Shown: in pieces, positions 18,750 through 29,377 of the stretch
Layout: each line of letters starts with the position of its first letter
Position numbering within the stretch: the stretch's first letter is position 1
NCBI GenBank assembly: GCA_963677925.2
Contig: CAXXYH010000003.1
Span: 1,088,001-1,152,000, forward strand
Length of the DNA: 64,000 nucleotides
Source of the DNA: Spirochaetia bacterium
Lineage (GTDB): Bacteria > Spirochaetota > Spirochaetia > UBA9216
Direction: 5' to 3'
The notes under the pieces: model-generated
Told to the model about the DNA's origin: nothing
Databases searched by the model: none
What the model saw: only the letters and a program-made list of their open reading frames with translations
Made by a program: the position numbers and the translations under genes

Positions 18750-20864
18750 TCAGTCAGTTTTATCTATATTATACACTTCACAGAGGGAATCCTTATAGGC
18801 AGGCATTCCTGAAGTTTTGTCTATCCGATTATGATCAGTTAGAATATTTACATTAGCTCCGGGGGTGCTGTTTGCAATCTGCCAGGAACCTCCGAAGCTG
18901 TGACCCCATCCGTAGGGGATCATTACAACCCGCGGGTCAACCTTATCGTTCAGCTTTGCTTTTATCTGTATCTTTCCCCGCAGAGATTCGACAAAAACAA
19001 TCTCGCCGTCGGAAATGTCCCGTTCTGCGGCTGTTTGGGAATGCATTTCAACCCAGTTCTCGGATACCTTATCATGAAGCGACGGAAGGTTGTGTGAGGC
19101 GGAAAGATAGGACGCAGAGAGTCTGTTACCGCTTATTAGAATAAGCGGATATTTTTTACAGGTTTCCGAATCAGAGACCGGACTTTCTGAGGGTTCCCGG
19201 TACTCAGGCAGTGAAATTGCTCCGGCCTTTGCAAGGTCTTCCGAGGCAAGGTTTATTTTACCGTTTTTATCTGGAAATCCGTTTTTTCTGAAATATCCCA
19301 CAGGTCTTGGCTCAAATTCAAATCCGCTTCCGTCATTTCTGCTTTTCAGCTCATCAATTGACAGACCCCAGTCTCCCAGCATGTTCTCAAGAATTTCATC
19401 TTCCGATTCAGGAAAATATTCACCGAAGCCCAGCTTCCCGGACAATTCTTTAATTATCTGAAAATCCGGTTTTGCTTCACCCGCAGGTTCAATTAATTTC
19501 GGCTGGTACTGAAGTATTCTGGGTATTGCTACCTCAGGAGACTGAAAGTCAACCTTCTCGAAAAATGTCGCCACTGGAAGATTGTAATGAGAGAAGGTGG
19601 CAGTATCATTTCTGTACAAATCAAGCATAACCAGCAGATCAAGTTTCTTTAAGGCCTCCTGAACAACTGACGAATTGGGCCAGGCAAGGACGGGATTGCT
19701 TCCGATCACAATCAGGGCCTTTATCGGATATGGCTTTTCTTCCAGTATTGCACGGATTAGATTGGAGGGAACATCCCTGGTTATTTTATTATCAGCTGAA
19801 ACTGAGGGTCTGGTATTTGTAAGCATCTCAGGATAAGTAAGCCTTTTAAATGCCGGGGAAACAGGACTGAACATCTTTGTCTGCAGATGAACACCGCCTT
19901 CAACATCGATATTTCCGGTTATTGTATTCAGAATATCTACCGCCCGGCAGGTCTGCATGCCATGCTCGTGATGAATAACCCCTTCCCGCCTGTCTGCACA
20001 TGCAGACTTTGTTTTGGCAAATATTTCAGCTATGTTAATTATCTGTTCTGCCGGTATCCAGCAGATTTTCTCAACTTCTCGGGGCTCATATGCTTCTGTA
20101 ATTTTTTTAAGTTCATTAAAACCGGTTGTATGTTTATCAATAAAATCCTTATCATACCACCCGTTTTTGATAATAACGTGAACCATTGAAAGTATGAAAG
20201 CCGTATCTGTCCCGGGTCTGATTGTTGTGTGTATATCAGCAAGTGCTGCTGTCTCGGTTTTCTTCGGGTCAACAACTATCAGGACAGCTCCGTTTTTACG
20301 CGCATAATTAATGTCTCTCATAACACGCAGGGACCGGTGCATTCCGGTCACAGCAGGGTTGGTGCCCAGCAGCAGGATGCATTTTGAACTGCGGAAATCA
20401 CCGCAGGTGGATACTCCGGGGCCGAAACTGTATTTAGTGCTGAAGACCTTGGAACTCACACACAGCGCTGAATTTGAAGCGTAATTTGGTGTCCCAAACA
20501 GATTCATAAACCGCTGAAGCTGAACTGAAACCAGCCAGGAATAAACTGACATCCCCCTGTAAACAGCAAGACTCTCTGCTCCATATCTGCTTTTTAAATC
20601 AGAAAGCTTTTCGGCAATTTCTGAATATGCACTGTCCCATGAAATCCTTTGAAAACCATCTGGGGTCTTCTTTTCCGGAAACATGAGCCTGTCGGGGTCG
20701 TACTGAAGTTCAAGCATTGCACGGCCTCTTACGCATATTTTGCCATCGTTCTTACGGCAGTCCGGATCACCTTTAAATGAAATAATTTTTCCGTCTTCTA
20801 CAGTAACAATAATTCCGCAGCGGCAGTTGCACATCTTGCAGTGGGTTTTAACAGTTGATTTCAT
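18750..20864 (-). CDS. Mo/W-bis-PGD (DMSO reductase family) oxidoreductase, cytoplasmic, Cys-ligated type
   Basis: N-terminal CKMCNCRC...C [4Fe-4S] motif; PDRLMFP, ISWD.A, TPNYASNSALC, VVDP..T.TA, RPGTD; C-terminal molydopterin dinucleotide-binding domain; no Tat signal. Confidence 0.92.
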   Translation of the reverse strand: MKSTVKTHCKMCNCRCGIIVTVEDGKIISFKGDPDCRKNDGKICVRGRAMLELQYDPDRLMFPEKKTPDGFQRISWDSAYSEIAEKLSDLKSRYGAESLAVYRGMSVYSWLVSVQLQRFMNLFGTPNYASNSALCVSSKVFSTKYSFGPGVSTCGDFRSSKCILLLGTNPAVTGMHRSLRVMRDINYARKNGAVLIVVDPKKTETAALADIHTTIRPGTDTAFILSMVHVIIKNGWYDKDFIDKHTTGFNELKKITEAYEPREVEKICWIPAEQIINIAEIFAKTKSACADRREGVIHHEHGMQTCRAVDILNTITGNIDVEGGVHLQTKMFSPVSPAFKRLTYPEMLTNTRPSVSADNKITRDVPSNLIRAILEEKPYPIKALIVIGSNPVLAWPNSSVVQEALKKLDLLVMLDLYRNDTATFSHYNLPVATFFEKVDFQSPEVAIPRILQYQPKLIEPAGEAKPDFQIIKELSGKLGFGEYFPESEDEILENMLGDWGLSIDELKSRNDGSGFEFEPRPVGYFRKNGFPDKNGKINLASEDLAKAGAISLPEYREPSESPVSDSETCKKYPLILISGNRLSASYLSASHNLPSLHDKVSENWVEMHSQTAAERDISDGEIVFVESLRGKIQIKAKLNDKVDPRVVMIPYGWGHSFGGSWQIANSTPGANVNILTDHNRIDKTSGMPAYKDSLCEVYNIDKTD

Positions 20865-20905
20865 TCCAGGTTCCAGTTTTTCCTTAAGACAATTTTTGAG
20901 GTTAA

Positions 20906-22252
20906 TCAGCTTTCAAAAAGCCGTTCCGGATTAAACCGGCTGATACTGTCACTGATGCTTATCGGGACATTTTCTGCATTCAGCGGTCTTGTTGCATCAA
21001 TTCCAATTTTACTGACAATACCCTCATCAGCAGCAGGATCTATCTGGCTCCCTTTTGCAAATGGAATAACGAAATTACATTTCGGATTCATATACAAATT
21101 TACAGCCTTCAGGACTTCCGAATCATTGAATATGTCGACATTGTCATCAACAACTACCACATTTCTGATAAAAGCATCTGCCCCGAATACAGCAGCGGCG
21201 GCATTGGACGGTTCACCTTCAACCATCTTCTTTATTGAAACATAGCAGGCAAATCTGCAGAAACCCGATGGCGGCAGATAGACATCCTGAACACCGGGAC
21301 AGGCTTTTTTTACTGCATTATAAATTTGACCTATGCGTGGAAGTCCGCCCATAAGCTGATGTTCAAGACTGCCTGAACAAATATCAAGATAGATTGGGTT
21401 CCGTCGCATTGTCACATGATGAACTTCGAGTACCGGATAATTTCTTACACCGCTGTACATGGAGTGAAATTCACCTATCGGGCCTTCAGGTTCCGACAGG
21501 TTCCATGCGATTGAACCTTCAAGACAGATTTCACCATCCGCAGGGACTTCAAGATCGACACTTCTGCAGTGCGTAATTCTCAGTGGTTCTCCGAGAAGCC
21601 CTCCCATTACAGAGAACTCATCATCATCAATTCCCAGAGAACTCAAACTGCCAAGCAGTACAGCCGGATGTGTTCCTATGGTTACCGCAACCGGCATATT
21701 CTCTTTCCGCTCAACATACTTCCTGTAAATATAGTATGCGTGACTTGTTTCTGAAAGATGAATACCTGTGCGGTGACCATCCTTAATCATAAGTCGGTAG
21801 ATACCGGAATTACGAACTCCGGTATCAGGATCTTTAACCGTCATCATTCCGGCAGTTATATAAGGTCCGTTATCCTCTAAATTATGCGCAATAACCGGAA
21901 GCTTCCTGAGATCAAGATTCTTTCTGTCAAACTCAATTTCCTGAATCGGAGCAGAGTCAACAATTTCAGGTTCTATCCGTTTTTTTTCATTATCACGGTA
22001 TACTTCATGCAGTGTCTTTTCTGCAGTACCAAGCGCGATTGCAAGACGTTTTCTTGTTCCAAAAACATTCGTGACAACAGGCACATCTGAATCATGCACT
22101 TTGTTGAACATAACAGCCTTGTTCTCATTCTTCGATAGAAGATAGTAGACTGCGGCAGTAAGCTCTCTGGATGAGCTTACTGCCTTATTTACCTCGATAA
22201 ATTCCTCGGGAAATTCATTCATTGCTTCAATAAATGATCTTAAACTCTGCAT
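20906..22252 (-). CDS. UbiD family prFMN-dependent (de)carboxylase
   Basis: DNGPYIT, NSGIYR, EGPIGEF (catalytic E-x4-E), VVVVDDNVD, KIGIDATRP; start moved to ATG 22252 (MQSLRSF). Confidence 0.94.
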   Translation of the reverse strand: MQSLRSFIEAMNEFPEEFIEVNKAVSSSRELTAAVYYLLSKNENKAVMFNKVHDSDVPVVTNVFGTRKRLAIALGTAEKTLHEVYRDNEKKRIEPEIVDSAPIQEIEFDRKNLDLRKLPVIAHNLEDNGPYITAGMMTVKDPDTGVRNSGIYRLMIKDGHRTGIHLSETSHAYYIYRKYVERKENMPVAVTIGTHPAVLLGSLSSLGIDDDEFSVMGGLLGEPLRITHCRSVDLEVPADGEICLEGSIAWNLSEPEGPIGEFHSMYSGVRNYPVLEVHHVTMRRNPIYLDICSGSLEHQLMGGLPRIGQIYNAVKKACPGVQDVYLPPSGFCRFACYVSIKKMVEGEPSNAAAAVFGADAFIRNVVVVDDNVDIFNDSEVLKAVNLYMNPKCNFVIPFAKGSQIDPAADEGIVSKIGIDATRPLNAENVPISISDSISRFNPERLFES

Positions 22253-22262
22253 TTTACAACCT

Positions 22263-24131
22263 TCAGGAAGCAGACTTAACCCGGTTAAAACCGGTATAGA
22301 TCCTCGCAAGAATCACAGAAACTAGAACAACAGCCAGACCTATATAATCAGAAGAACGCTCCGGAATTAAAAGAAAGACCGAGGCGATTCCCAATGACAC
22401 ACGTGCAAATACCGGCCATTTAACCAGGAGGATTCCCTCCATTGCAATTACAATACACAGCATTCCTATCGCTGCAGTTGAAACTGCCCAGATTATACTT
22501 GTTGTATCTCCCTGCAGAATAACTGAGGGTGATGTAATGAACATAAAGGGAATTATATAGGCCGCCAGACCGAATTTGAATGCAGTCATTCCGGTTTTAT
22601 TCGGATTCGACTCTGCTATAGCTGCGGCAGCATAGGCCGCAATAGCAACAGGTGGTGTTATTGCCCCGACTGATGCAAACAGGAAGATAAACATGTGAGC
22701 GGAAAGCGGAGTTGCACCCAGTGTGGTTAATGCCGGAACAATAATCGGTACAAGAATTACATACACCGCAGTCGGAGGCATGGCACATCCGAGAATCAGA
22801 GCAACAAGCATTGTAAAAAATGCAGCAAGATACAGATTACCGTGAGCAAGATCAATAAGTGTATAAGAAAGCTTTGCACCAAGGCCGGTAATCAGAAATG
22901 TTCCTACAATAATACCTGCAGCAGCACAGGCCGCAACAATGGAAACAACCTGTTTTGAGCCGCCTTCAAGAGCACTTAATATAGTAGAAAGTTTAGGTCT
23001 GGTAGATTTTTTGAAAAACCCGAAGACTATGGTCAGTAAAGTTGCATAAAATGCTGTCTTCATGGGACTCCAGCCGATAACCATTGCAGTAATCATGAAG
23101 ACAATCGGAATTCCGAGCAGTCCCCGTTCTTTCATAACTTTTGCAAAAGCGGGGAGTTTCTCTACCGGGAGACCGGACATTCCACCCTTTATAGCCCTGG
23201 CATCTACAACAAACATCAGTGTCAGATAATATAACAGCGATGGGATCAACGCGGCTACAATTACTTTCGAGTATTCAACACCAAGATACTGAGCCATTAT
23301 AAATGCACCGGCTCCCATAATGGGCGGAGTGAACATACCTCCGGTTGATGCAACAGCTTCTATTGCACCTGCTTCATGGGGTTTATACCCGGTCTGTTTC
23401 ATTAATGGAATGGTAAAGCAGCCTACTGTAGCAACATTGGCAGCCGGTGAACCGGAGATCATTCCCATCAGAGCGCTTCCAAGGATGGCGGTTTTTGCAG
23501 GACCGCCTCTGAAACGTCCGGCAATGGAGAATGAAACGTCAACAAACCATTGTCCTCCGCCGAACTTTTCAAGGAAGCTTCCGAAGATTACAAAGACAAC
23601 TATAAAGGTAGCAGCTACATCCATAGGAATACCGTATATCCCTTCAGTTGTCATGAAAAAGAAATTAACCAGTCGATCCCAGTGCTCACCCCTGTGAGCC
23701 AGAATTGAAGGGAAATACGGTCCAAGTAAAACATAAATAAGACAGAGTGCTGTTAGGCCTGTAAGTATCCATCCTGTCTTGCGCCTGGTGGCCTCGATAA
23801 CCAGAAATATCAGTGCGCTTCCTACAATAAGATCGGTAACCGGAATATCGTCAATCTTAAGAACTCGGTCCTGCCATACAAGAATAACATACAGATTTGC
23901 GGCAAGGAAAAAGACTCCCAGTGAAATATTCAGTATCTGCCTCCACACAGGTGTGGAAGCAGTTGATGCCTGAAAGAACACGACAGGACCTACAAGAGCC
24001 AGCAGCAGAGCGCGCTGAGTCATTGCCGAAAATGTACCGAAGCCGGCAGTAAAGAGGAATATGCAGGAGGCTGCAACAAGAAAAACTATAGATACATTTT
24101 TTTGCAACCGGGATAATCTTTCACCAATCAT
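22263..24131 (-). CDS. TAXI-TRAP fused permease (4TM/12TM)
   Basis: EATRR, GGPAKTA, GAIEAVASTGG...PPIMG, ITPPVA; start ATG 24131. Confidence 0.93.
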   Translation of the reverse strand: MIGERLSRLQKNVSIVFLVAASCIFLFTAGFGTFSAMTQRALLLALVGPVVFFQASTASTPVWRQILNISLGVFFLAANLYVILVWQDRVLKIDDIPVTDLIVGSALIFLVIEATRRKTGWILTGLTALCLIYVLLGPYFPSILAHRGEHWDRLVNFFFMTTEGIYGIPMDVAATFIVVFVIFGSFLEKFGGGQWFVDVSFSIAGRFRGGPAKTAILGSALMGMISGSPAANVATVGCFTIPLMKQTGYKPHEAGAIEAVASTGGMFTPPIMGAGAFIMAQYLGVEYSKVIVAALIPSLLYYLTLMFVVDARAIKGGMSGLPVEKLPAFAKVMKERGLLGIPIVFMITAMVIGWSPMKTAFYATLLTIVFGFFKKSTRPKLSTILSALEGGSKQVVSIVAACAAAGIIVGTFLITGLGAKLSYTLIDLAHGNLYLAAFFTMLVALILGCAMPPTAVYVILVPIIVPALTTLGATPLSAHMFIFLFASVGAITPPVAIAAYAAAAIAESNPNKTGMTAFKFGLAAYIIPFMFITSPSVILQGDTTSIIWAVSTAAIGMLCIVIAMEGILLVKWPVFARVSLGIASVFLLIPERSSDYIGLAVVLVSVILARIYTGFNRVKSAS

Positions 24132-24132
24132 T

Positions 24133-25080
24133 TTACAGTAAACCCTTTTCTCTGAAATATTTTGCAGCGCCTGGATGGAGCTGAGTTGGAACAGCCTCTG
24201 TCGCCGATTCAATAGTTAAGCCTTTGGCTGCAGGATGTGACTCTTTAATTGTATCAATATTCTCAAATATCTGTTTGGTGATACGGTACACAAGATCTTC
24301 ACCAAGATCTTTTCTGACGACAACAACAAGCGGTGTATATACGGTAACTATGTCAGTACTGGTATTGTACATAGACTTGGGAATTACCTGTTTTGAGAAA
24401 TAAGGAGCTTTTGCCAGAATCCGTGTCAGCACACTTTCTTCTATAGAAAGAAGTCTTATAGGCTTTCTTGATGCTGTTATATTTGTGATTGCCGAGGCCG
24501 GAGCTGCAGACTGAACGACAATAGCATCAACATTTCCATCAGTAAGAGCATCGGCTGCCTGAGCATAGGAAATATAAACCGGTTTAAAATCCTTCTCTGT
24601 CATATTGTAGTATGAGAAAATATCAGAAGCAACTGCAATCGCTCCGCCGCCGGCAGGACCAAGTGCAACTTTTTTGCCTTTAAGATCATTAATCGAATAG
24701 ATATCAGAATCAGCATTTACAACTATGTGAAACACACCCTTTGAGAGCCCGGAAAACAATGTACTTACATTGCTCATGGGTTTAGTATAGGGTGCAATAC
24801 CCTTAGATGCATTATAGGCCATAAAACCCATAGTTATAGCAAGGTCAACGTTTTCTTTTTCAATCAGCGAGTTATTTTCAACTGCACCGCCTGTTACTAT
24901 AGCAGAAGTGGAAATTCCAACCTCATGTGTCAGCAGGTCAGCCATCGCTATACCCATCGGATAAAAGGCACCGCCTGTTGATGCAGTTCCAATTGAGAGA
25001 AATCTCGGGTCTCTTGCACTGGCCTGTCCGCAGACTATAAGGGCAAGGGCAATAAGGACAAAAAATCTTTTCTTATTCAT
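24133..25080 (-). CDS. TAXI family TRAP solute receptor
   Basis: Signal peptide; GTASTGGAFY, TGGAVEN, DLKGKKV, LHPGAAKYF.E.G. Confidence 0.94.
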   Translation of the reverse strand: MNKKRFFVLIALALIVCGQASARDPRFLSIGTASTGGAFYPMGIAMADLLTHEVGISTSAIVTGGAVENNSLIEKENVDLAITMGFMAYNASKGIAPYTKPMSNVSTLFSGLSKGVFHIVVNADSDIYSINDLKGKKVALGPAGGGAIAVASDIFSYYNMTEKDFKPVYISYAQAADALTDGNVDAIVVQSAAPASAITNITASRKPIRLLSIEESVLTRILAKAPYFSKQVIPKSMYNTSTDIVTVYTPLVVVVRKDLGEDLVYRITKQIFENIDTIKESHPAAKGLTIESATEAVPTQLHPGAAKYFREKGLL

Positions 25081-25154
25081 ACTTCCTCCATACTAATTTT
25101 TCAGCAATAATCTGTTTGCCGATTTCAAAAATATCCTGTCAAATGACAGTTTGA

Positions 25155-25943
25155 TCACAATTCAGGTACGTGAAGTCCGCCGTCAACATTTATAACGGAC
25201 CCTGTACTGTAAATAAAATTATCAGATACCAGAGCATTTACAGCCTTTCCGATATCTTCGGGAGTCCCCCATCTTCTCTGGGGCACAAGCCCATGATTGA
25301 TGAGCTCTTCATACTTATCTTTTATGCCGGCAGTCATATCAGTCATGATAATCCCCGGACGCACCTCAAACACACTGATATTTTCTTCCGCCAGTCTGCG
25401 TGCAAAAAGTTTGACTGTCATTGACAGACCGGCCTTCGCAATGCAGTAATCTCCGCGGTTAAGAGAAACCGTTTCTGCAGATATCGATGTTATGAAAATT
25501 ATGCTTCGGTTTTCTGAAGACTCAGGTTCCTGCTTCAGCCAGATATTCGACAGCTCCTGAGTCAGGAAAAAACCGCCTTTCAGGTTTACTGAAAGCAGAT
25601 CATCCAGAGAATCCTCAGACATCTGAAGAAGATCGGTTCGGTTCTTCGGGGCTATACCGGCATTGTTTACAAGCGAATGTATTTCACCAAAATCATTTAC
25701 CGCATCTTTGAGCATTCTGCTGCGATCCTCTTTTACCGAAATATCAGCCTTATAAATCAGGAATTTCTGCTCATCAAACTGCTTTACAGACTCGCAGATA
25801 CTTACCGTCTCTTCTGCCGCCTTGAGATTTCCTGCGCAATTAACAGCAACCGAATGTCCTGCAGCTGCCAGGGCAACTGCAATCCCGCGGCCTATTCCGC
25901 GGCTTGCCCCTGTAACCAGTACATTTCTTCCAATTTGATTCAT
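25155..25943 (-). CDS. SDR oxidoreductase (3-ketoacyl-ACP-reductase-like subfamily)
   Basis: TGASRGIG, NNAG, YCIAK, EVRPGII.TDMT, VDGG. Confidence 0.92.
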   Translation of the reverse strand: MNQIGRNVLVTGASRGIGRGIAVALAAAGHSVAVNCAGNLKAAEETVSICESVKQFDEQKFLIYKADISVKEDRSRMLKDAVNDFGEIHSLVNNAGIAPKNRTDLLQMSEDSLDDLLSVNLKGGFFLTQELSNIWLKQEPESSENRSIIFITSISAETVSLNRGDYCIAKAGLSMTVKLFARRLAEENISVFEVRPGIIMTDMTAGIKDKYEELINHGLVPQRRWGTPEDIGKAVNALVSDNFIYSTGSVINVDGGLHVPEL

Positions 25944-27964
25944 CTATAAACTTCCTTATGCTCAAAAATTTCTCCATTATTATAGCGTGACCACACGGTT
26001 TCAAACCATTCAACACTATCAGGAACCGGCCTGCAGGCAATCCAGTTAATCTCTATTTTATCAGTTGCCGGATTCAGCTTAAGCATTTGTATCATCCCGC
26101 GCAGACTCCTGTTGTCCGGTTTAATCCTCCAGGAATCTTCGAGGGTTGGGCAGATCCGTTCACCGTGGTCATCTGCGACAAGGGAGGATCCCCTGCTTCC
26201 GCCGCCCATCTGAAGATAATCTTTAACAGCTTCAAGATAAACCCTGTGAGCTATCACCATATGCCTTGATTTGAAGAATGATGACAGCCTGTCGGGTCTA
26301 ACCCGCAAGGTACCGATGAGAGACTGCTGTAGAGCCGCTTTATCACAGGCCCTGCTGATTGTTTGTTCAGAACGTATCAGCCCGCCGTGTTCAGTCATCC
26401 GGCTTTGGTATTCTTTTCTGTATTCAATCAGATCTGCTGCATCTGTATCATCAAAAACTGTCTTTTCCATCAGGATAAATACTGATTGCAGCTCCTTCTC
26501 TGCAGCGGCAAGAGCGGATTCAACATCAAGTGAATGTCCTTTATAGGAATTAGCAATCTTCTGCGCAGCTCTTAAGGCTCCGACCTGGCCTGAGTTAAGA
26601 GCGGATCCTCCGGGCCTTGAAACTCCGTGTGTTCCGTTCACCTCGCCTACAGGAAAAAAGTGTCCGATATTTGTTGATTCCCACCAGATATCACCTGCAA
26701 GACCGCCGTTATTATGCTGGGCACAGACGGCTATTTTCAGAGGAGCACTGTAAAGATCAATGTTATGATCTTTATAAAGTTCAATTGCCCTGGGATTCAG
26801 CTGCTCAAGTCTGCTGATTGGTGTATCACCGCTTAGACCGGATTTCCTCCAGTAGTCTTTTACTTCCCCGTTAAGAACTTCTTCCGAGAAACCACCGATG
26901 CGCTCATCTCCAGCCGGATTAATTCTGAAATCCAGATATACATCTCTTTTTTTGATCACGGACTCCCTGTAAACAAGGATATCTATCAGTGAAGAACCGT
27001 AATTCTCAATTTTATCCGGATCAAACGGCCACTGGTATCCCTTCAGAAATATTGCAGCTGCCATAGCTTCCATGCTCGGGAAATGTTCGTTTAAAAATGA
27101 AAAGCATTCTCCTGTTTCCGGATCACGGCTGAAATAACAGGGAATGACCTGCTGATAGCTTCCGGAAAGGTTCCATCTGAAATCTGTCGATGCGATTCCG
27201 AACTGTGATTCCGTAAGGTTTACAGCATCGGCGCCTATCTCAAACGCAAGCCCGATAGCTCCTGTGTGCCTGCCGGGATAAACAGATGTTTCATAGAGAC
27301 CTGCTGCGCCGCCCGGAGCAAAGATCATGTTGCTGCAGAGAAAGACTGAAATTGCATTCTTTCCTTCTGAAAGCCTGCTCCGGTCAAGGATAACTGCACC
27401 GGCGATCCGGTCATCATATTTGATTAATTTTATACATTCGTGCTTATCTATGATTTGTATTCCCAGAAGTCCGCATTCCTTTTCAAGATGCTCAACCATC
27501 TCTTTTGATGTGTAGGGGCCCAGTGATATGCCGCGTTCCCGCGGGTCGTGATCTGTTTTATAGCCGGTGTATCCTCCGTAGTCATTATGAGGAAAGGGAA
27601 CTCCGATACCGACAAGATGATAAAAGGCATTTATTGAACAAATCGATTCTACAAGCGCTATATCGCCATGCATTGCACCGCCGCCGCTTATGGCCTCTGC
27701 CATTTTGTAAGGAGAATCCGGTTCCTGTGTAGAATCTGATAGCTTATAATATGTCTGCTTATCAGAACCGGTATTCCGGGAAGTTCCGCCGAGTAAATCA
27801 TCTGTCAGAACCAGTAAATCATCTATGCCTTGCCGCTTTAATCTTACGGCTGAAGCAAGTGCTGCACTGCCGCTGCCGATTACCAGAGTATGGTTATATC
27901 TGCATTTAACTGCTTTATTATTTATTATAATAGAAGATTCCGGGGAGAATGATTTATAACTCAT
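25940..27964 (-). CDS. FAD-binding protein, SdhA/FrdA/NadB flavoprotein superfamily
   Basis: VIGSGSAA, QHNNGGL, GEVNGTHGVSRPGGSAL (cf. HGANRLGGNSL); no covalent-FAD His motif. Confidence 0.85.
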   Translation of the reverse strand: MSYKSFSPESSIIINNKAVKCRYNHTLVIGSGSAALASAVRLKRQGIDDLLVLTDDLLGGTSRNTGSDKQTYYKLSDSTQEPDSPYKMAEAISGGGAMHGDIALVESICSINAFYHLVGIGVPFPHNDYGGYTGYKTDHDPRERGISLGPYTSKEMVEHLEKECGLLGIQIIDKHECIKLIKYDDRIAGAVILDRSRLSEGKNAISVFLCSNMIFAPGGAAGLYETSVYPGRHTGAIGLAFEIGADAVNLTESQFGIASTDFRWNLSGSYQQVIPCYFSRDPETGECFSFLNEHFPSMEAMAAAIFLKGYQWPFDPDKIENYGSSLIDILVYRESVIKKRDVYLDFRINPAGDERIGGFSEEVLNGEVKDYWRKSGLSGDTPISRLEQLNPRAIELYKDHNIDLYSAPLKIAVCAQHNNGGLAGDIWWESTNIGHFFPVGEVNGTHGVSRPGGSALNSGQVGALRAAQKIANSYKGHSLDVESALAAAEKELQSVFILMEKTVFDDTDAADLIEYRKEYQSRMTEHGGLIRSEQTISRACDKAALQQSLIGTLRVRPDRLSSFFKSRHMVIAHRVYLEAVKDYLQMGGGSRGSSLVADDHGERICPTLEDSWRIKPDNRSLRGMIQMLKLNPATDKIEINWIACRPVPDSVEWFETVWSRYNNGEIFEHKEVYR

Positions 27965-29334
27965 TTAATCAGTCCCCGTTTTTTCGCAGCTTCTCTTCCT
28001 TTGATAAGCTCAGGTTTATAAACTGCTCTATCTTTAACCGGACAGCCGTTCCGGCCGGCGCCGTCTTTCATTATCTGAGAACAAAGCGAACAGGTAATAC
28101 AGCATTTCTTTGAATCCATGCTGCCCTTCTCGATAATATCCCTTACAGATTCCGGATATGCAAAGCTGCCCCTGCCCTGTCCTATCAGTTTCACCCAGCC
28201 TTCTTCAACAAGTCCGGCTGCAACTGGAGGCATCAGATGCCTGAGCCAGCCGAGAGCAGCAGTCGCCAGGGGAACATCTCCCAGTACAGCCTGAAGCTGC
28301 CTGCCTGCATCCTGAAAACGGACAATTCCTTCAAGCGGATGTTCCGGGGGTGTGGGATCACTTTCAATAGGATTGTTGTAAGGTCTGGTGACATAAGGCT
28401 GAAAACGCGGATAGCCCAGTGAGTAATTAAACACAGGCATGGAAACAAGCTCAACCAGTTCTTTTGCAAAGCTTAGTGGTTCGGTGTAATCCATCTCAAT
28501 TTCTCCGGCTCTGGATTTAACGCCCCAGCCGTAGGGATATTCTGAGGGTTCGCACATCGTGAGTCTTGCAGTAACGAAACTGACGGAGGACATGTTCTGC
28601 TGCATTCCCTGTGCACATTCACGAACAAACCTGGTTCGGTTTTCATAGCTTCCGCCGTAAATTCCGGGACGTGTATAGGCACAAAGCATTTCAGCTGTAA
28701 GGTAGCCGTGTACAGCCTTCATCTCAACCCCGTCAAAACCGGCCTGCTCAGCAAGCCTGCTGTTTTCAACAAACAGATCCCTCATCCGCTTCAACTCATC
28801 ATCGGAAACAAGGGGAGAATCGATGCTGCATCCGACAGCGTAATCAAGTTTGGGATTGTGGTGAATCAGCACCGGTTTCGGCTTTCCCTGAGGCTTACTC
28901 CATCTGCCCGAGTGAGCCAGCTGAAGTACGGTTACTATTTCATGTCCGTGGTTTTTCCTTGCCGACTCCCGTGTTTCTTCAACGAGCTGCTTCCATATAT
29001 CAAGATTCTTTTCAGTCAGCATCAGCTGTCTGGGATTGCTGCGTCCGTCGGCTTCAATTACAGCCGCTTCAAACCATATCAGCCCCGCTCCTCCGGCGGC
29101 ATAACGTTTGTATCTTCTGAATGTATAATCAGTAGGTGCGGAAGTATCCTCATCTGCATCAAAGCCTTCCATCGGCTGCACAACAAACCTGTTGGGAAGC
29201 TGATAATTTCCGATTCTTACCGGCTCTGAGAGTATATCTATATTTGAACTGACAGGCAGTTCAAGATTCAGTCTGCCTAATTCATTTTTTAAATCATCCA
29301 ATGTTTCAAGATCAAAACGTTTGAATTCCGCCAC
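27961..29334 (-). CDS. NADH:flavin oxidoreductase (Old Yellow Enzyme barrel) with C-terminal Fe-S motif
   Basis: NRFVVQPME, GGAGLI, QLAHSGR, AGFDGVE.K..HGYL, YGGSYENR.RF, CITCSLC...C. GTG 29334 preferred; the track starts at 29370. Confidence 0.9.
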   Translation of the reverse strand: MAEFKRFDLETLDDLKNELGRLNLELPVSSNIDILSEPVRIGNYQLPNRFVVQPMEGFDADEDTSAPTDYTFRRYKRYAAGGAGLIWFEAAVIEADGRSNPRQLMLTEKNLDIWKQLVEETRESARKNHGHEIVTVLQLAHSGRWSKPQGKPKPVLIHHNPKLDYAVGCSIDSPLVSDDELKRMRDLFVENSRLAEQAGFDGVEMKAVHGYLTAEMLCAYTRPGIYGGSYENRTRFVRECAQGMQQNMSSVSFVTARLTMCEPSEYPYGWGVKSRAGEIEMDYTEPLSFAKELVELVSMPVFNYSLGYPRFQPYVTRPYNNPIESDPTPPEHPLEGIVRFQDAGRQLQAVLGDVPLATAALGWLRHLMPPVAAGLVEEGWVKLIGQGRGSFAYPESVRDIIEKGSMDSKKCCITCSLCSQIMKDGAGRNGCPVKDRAVYKPELIKGREAAKKRGLIK

Positions 29335-29377
29335 AATAAATCCTGCCTGTATATTCAATGTAAGTATCATTCACTTA

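Noticed and set aside
25940-27964. Call as sdhA/frdA
   Set aside because: No covalent-FAD His motif and no Fe-S or membrane-anchor subunit genes adjacent.
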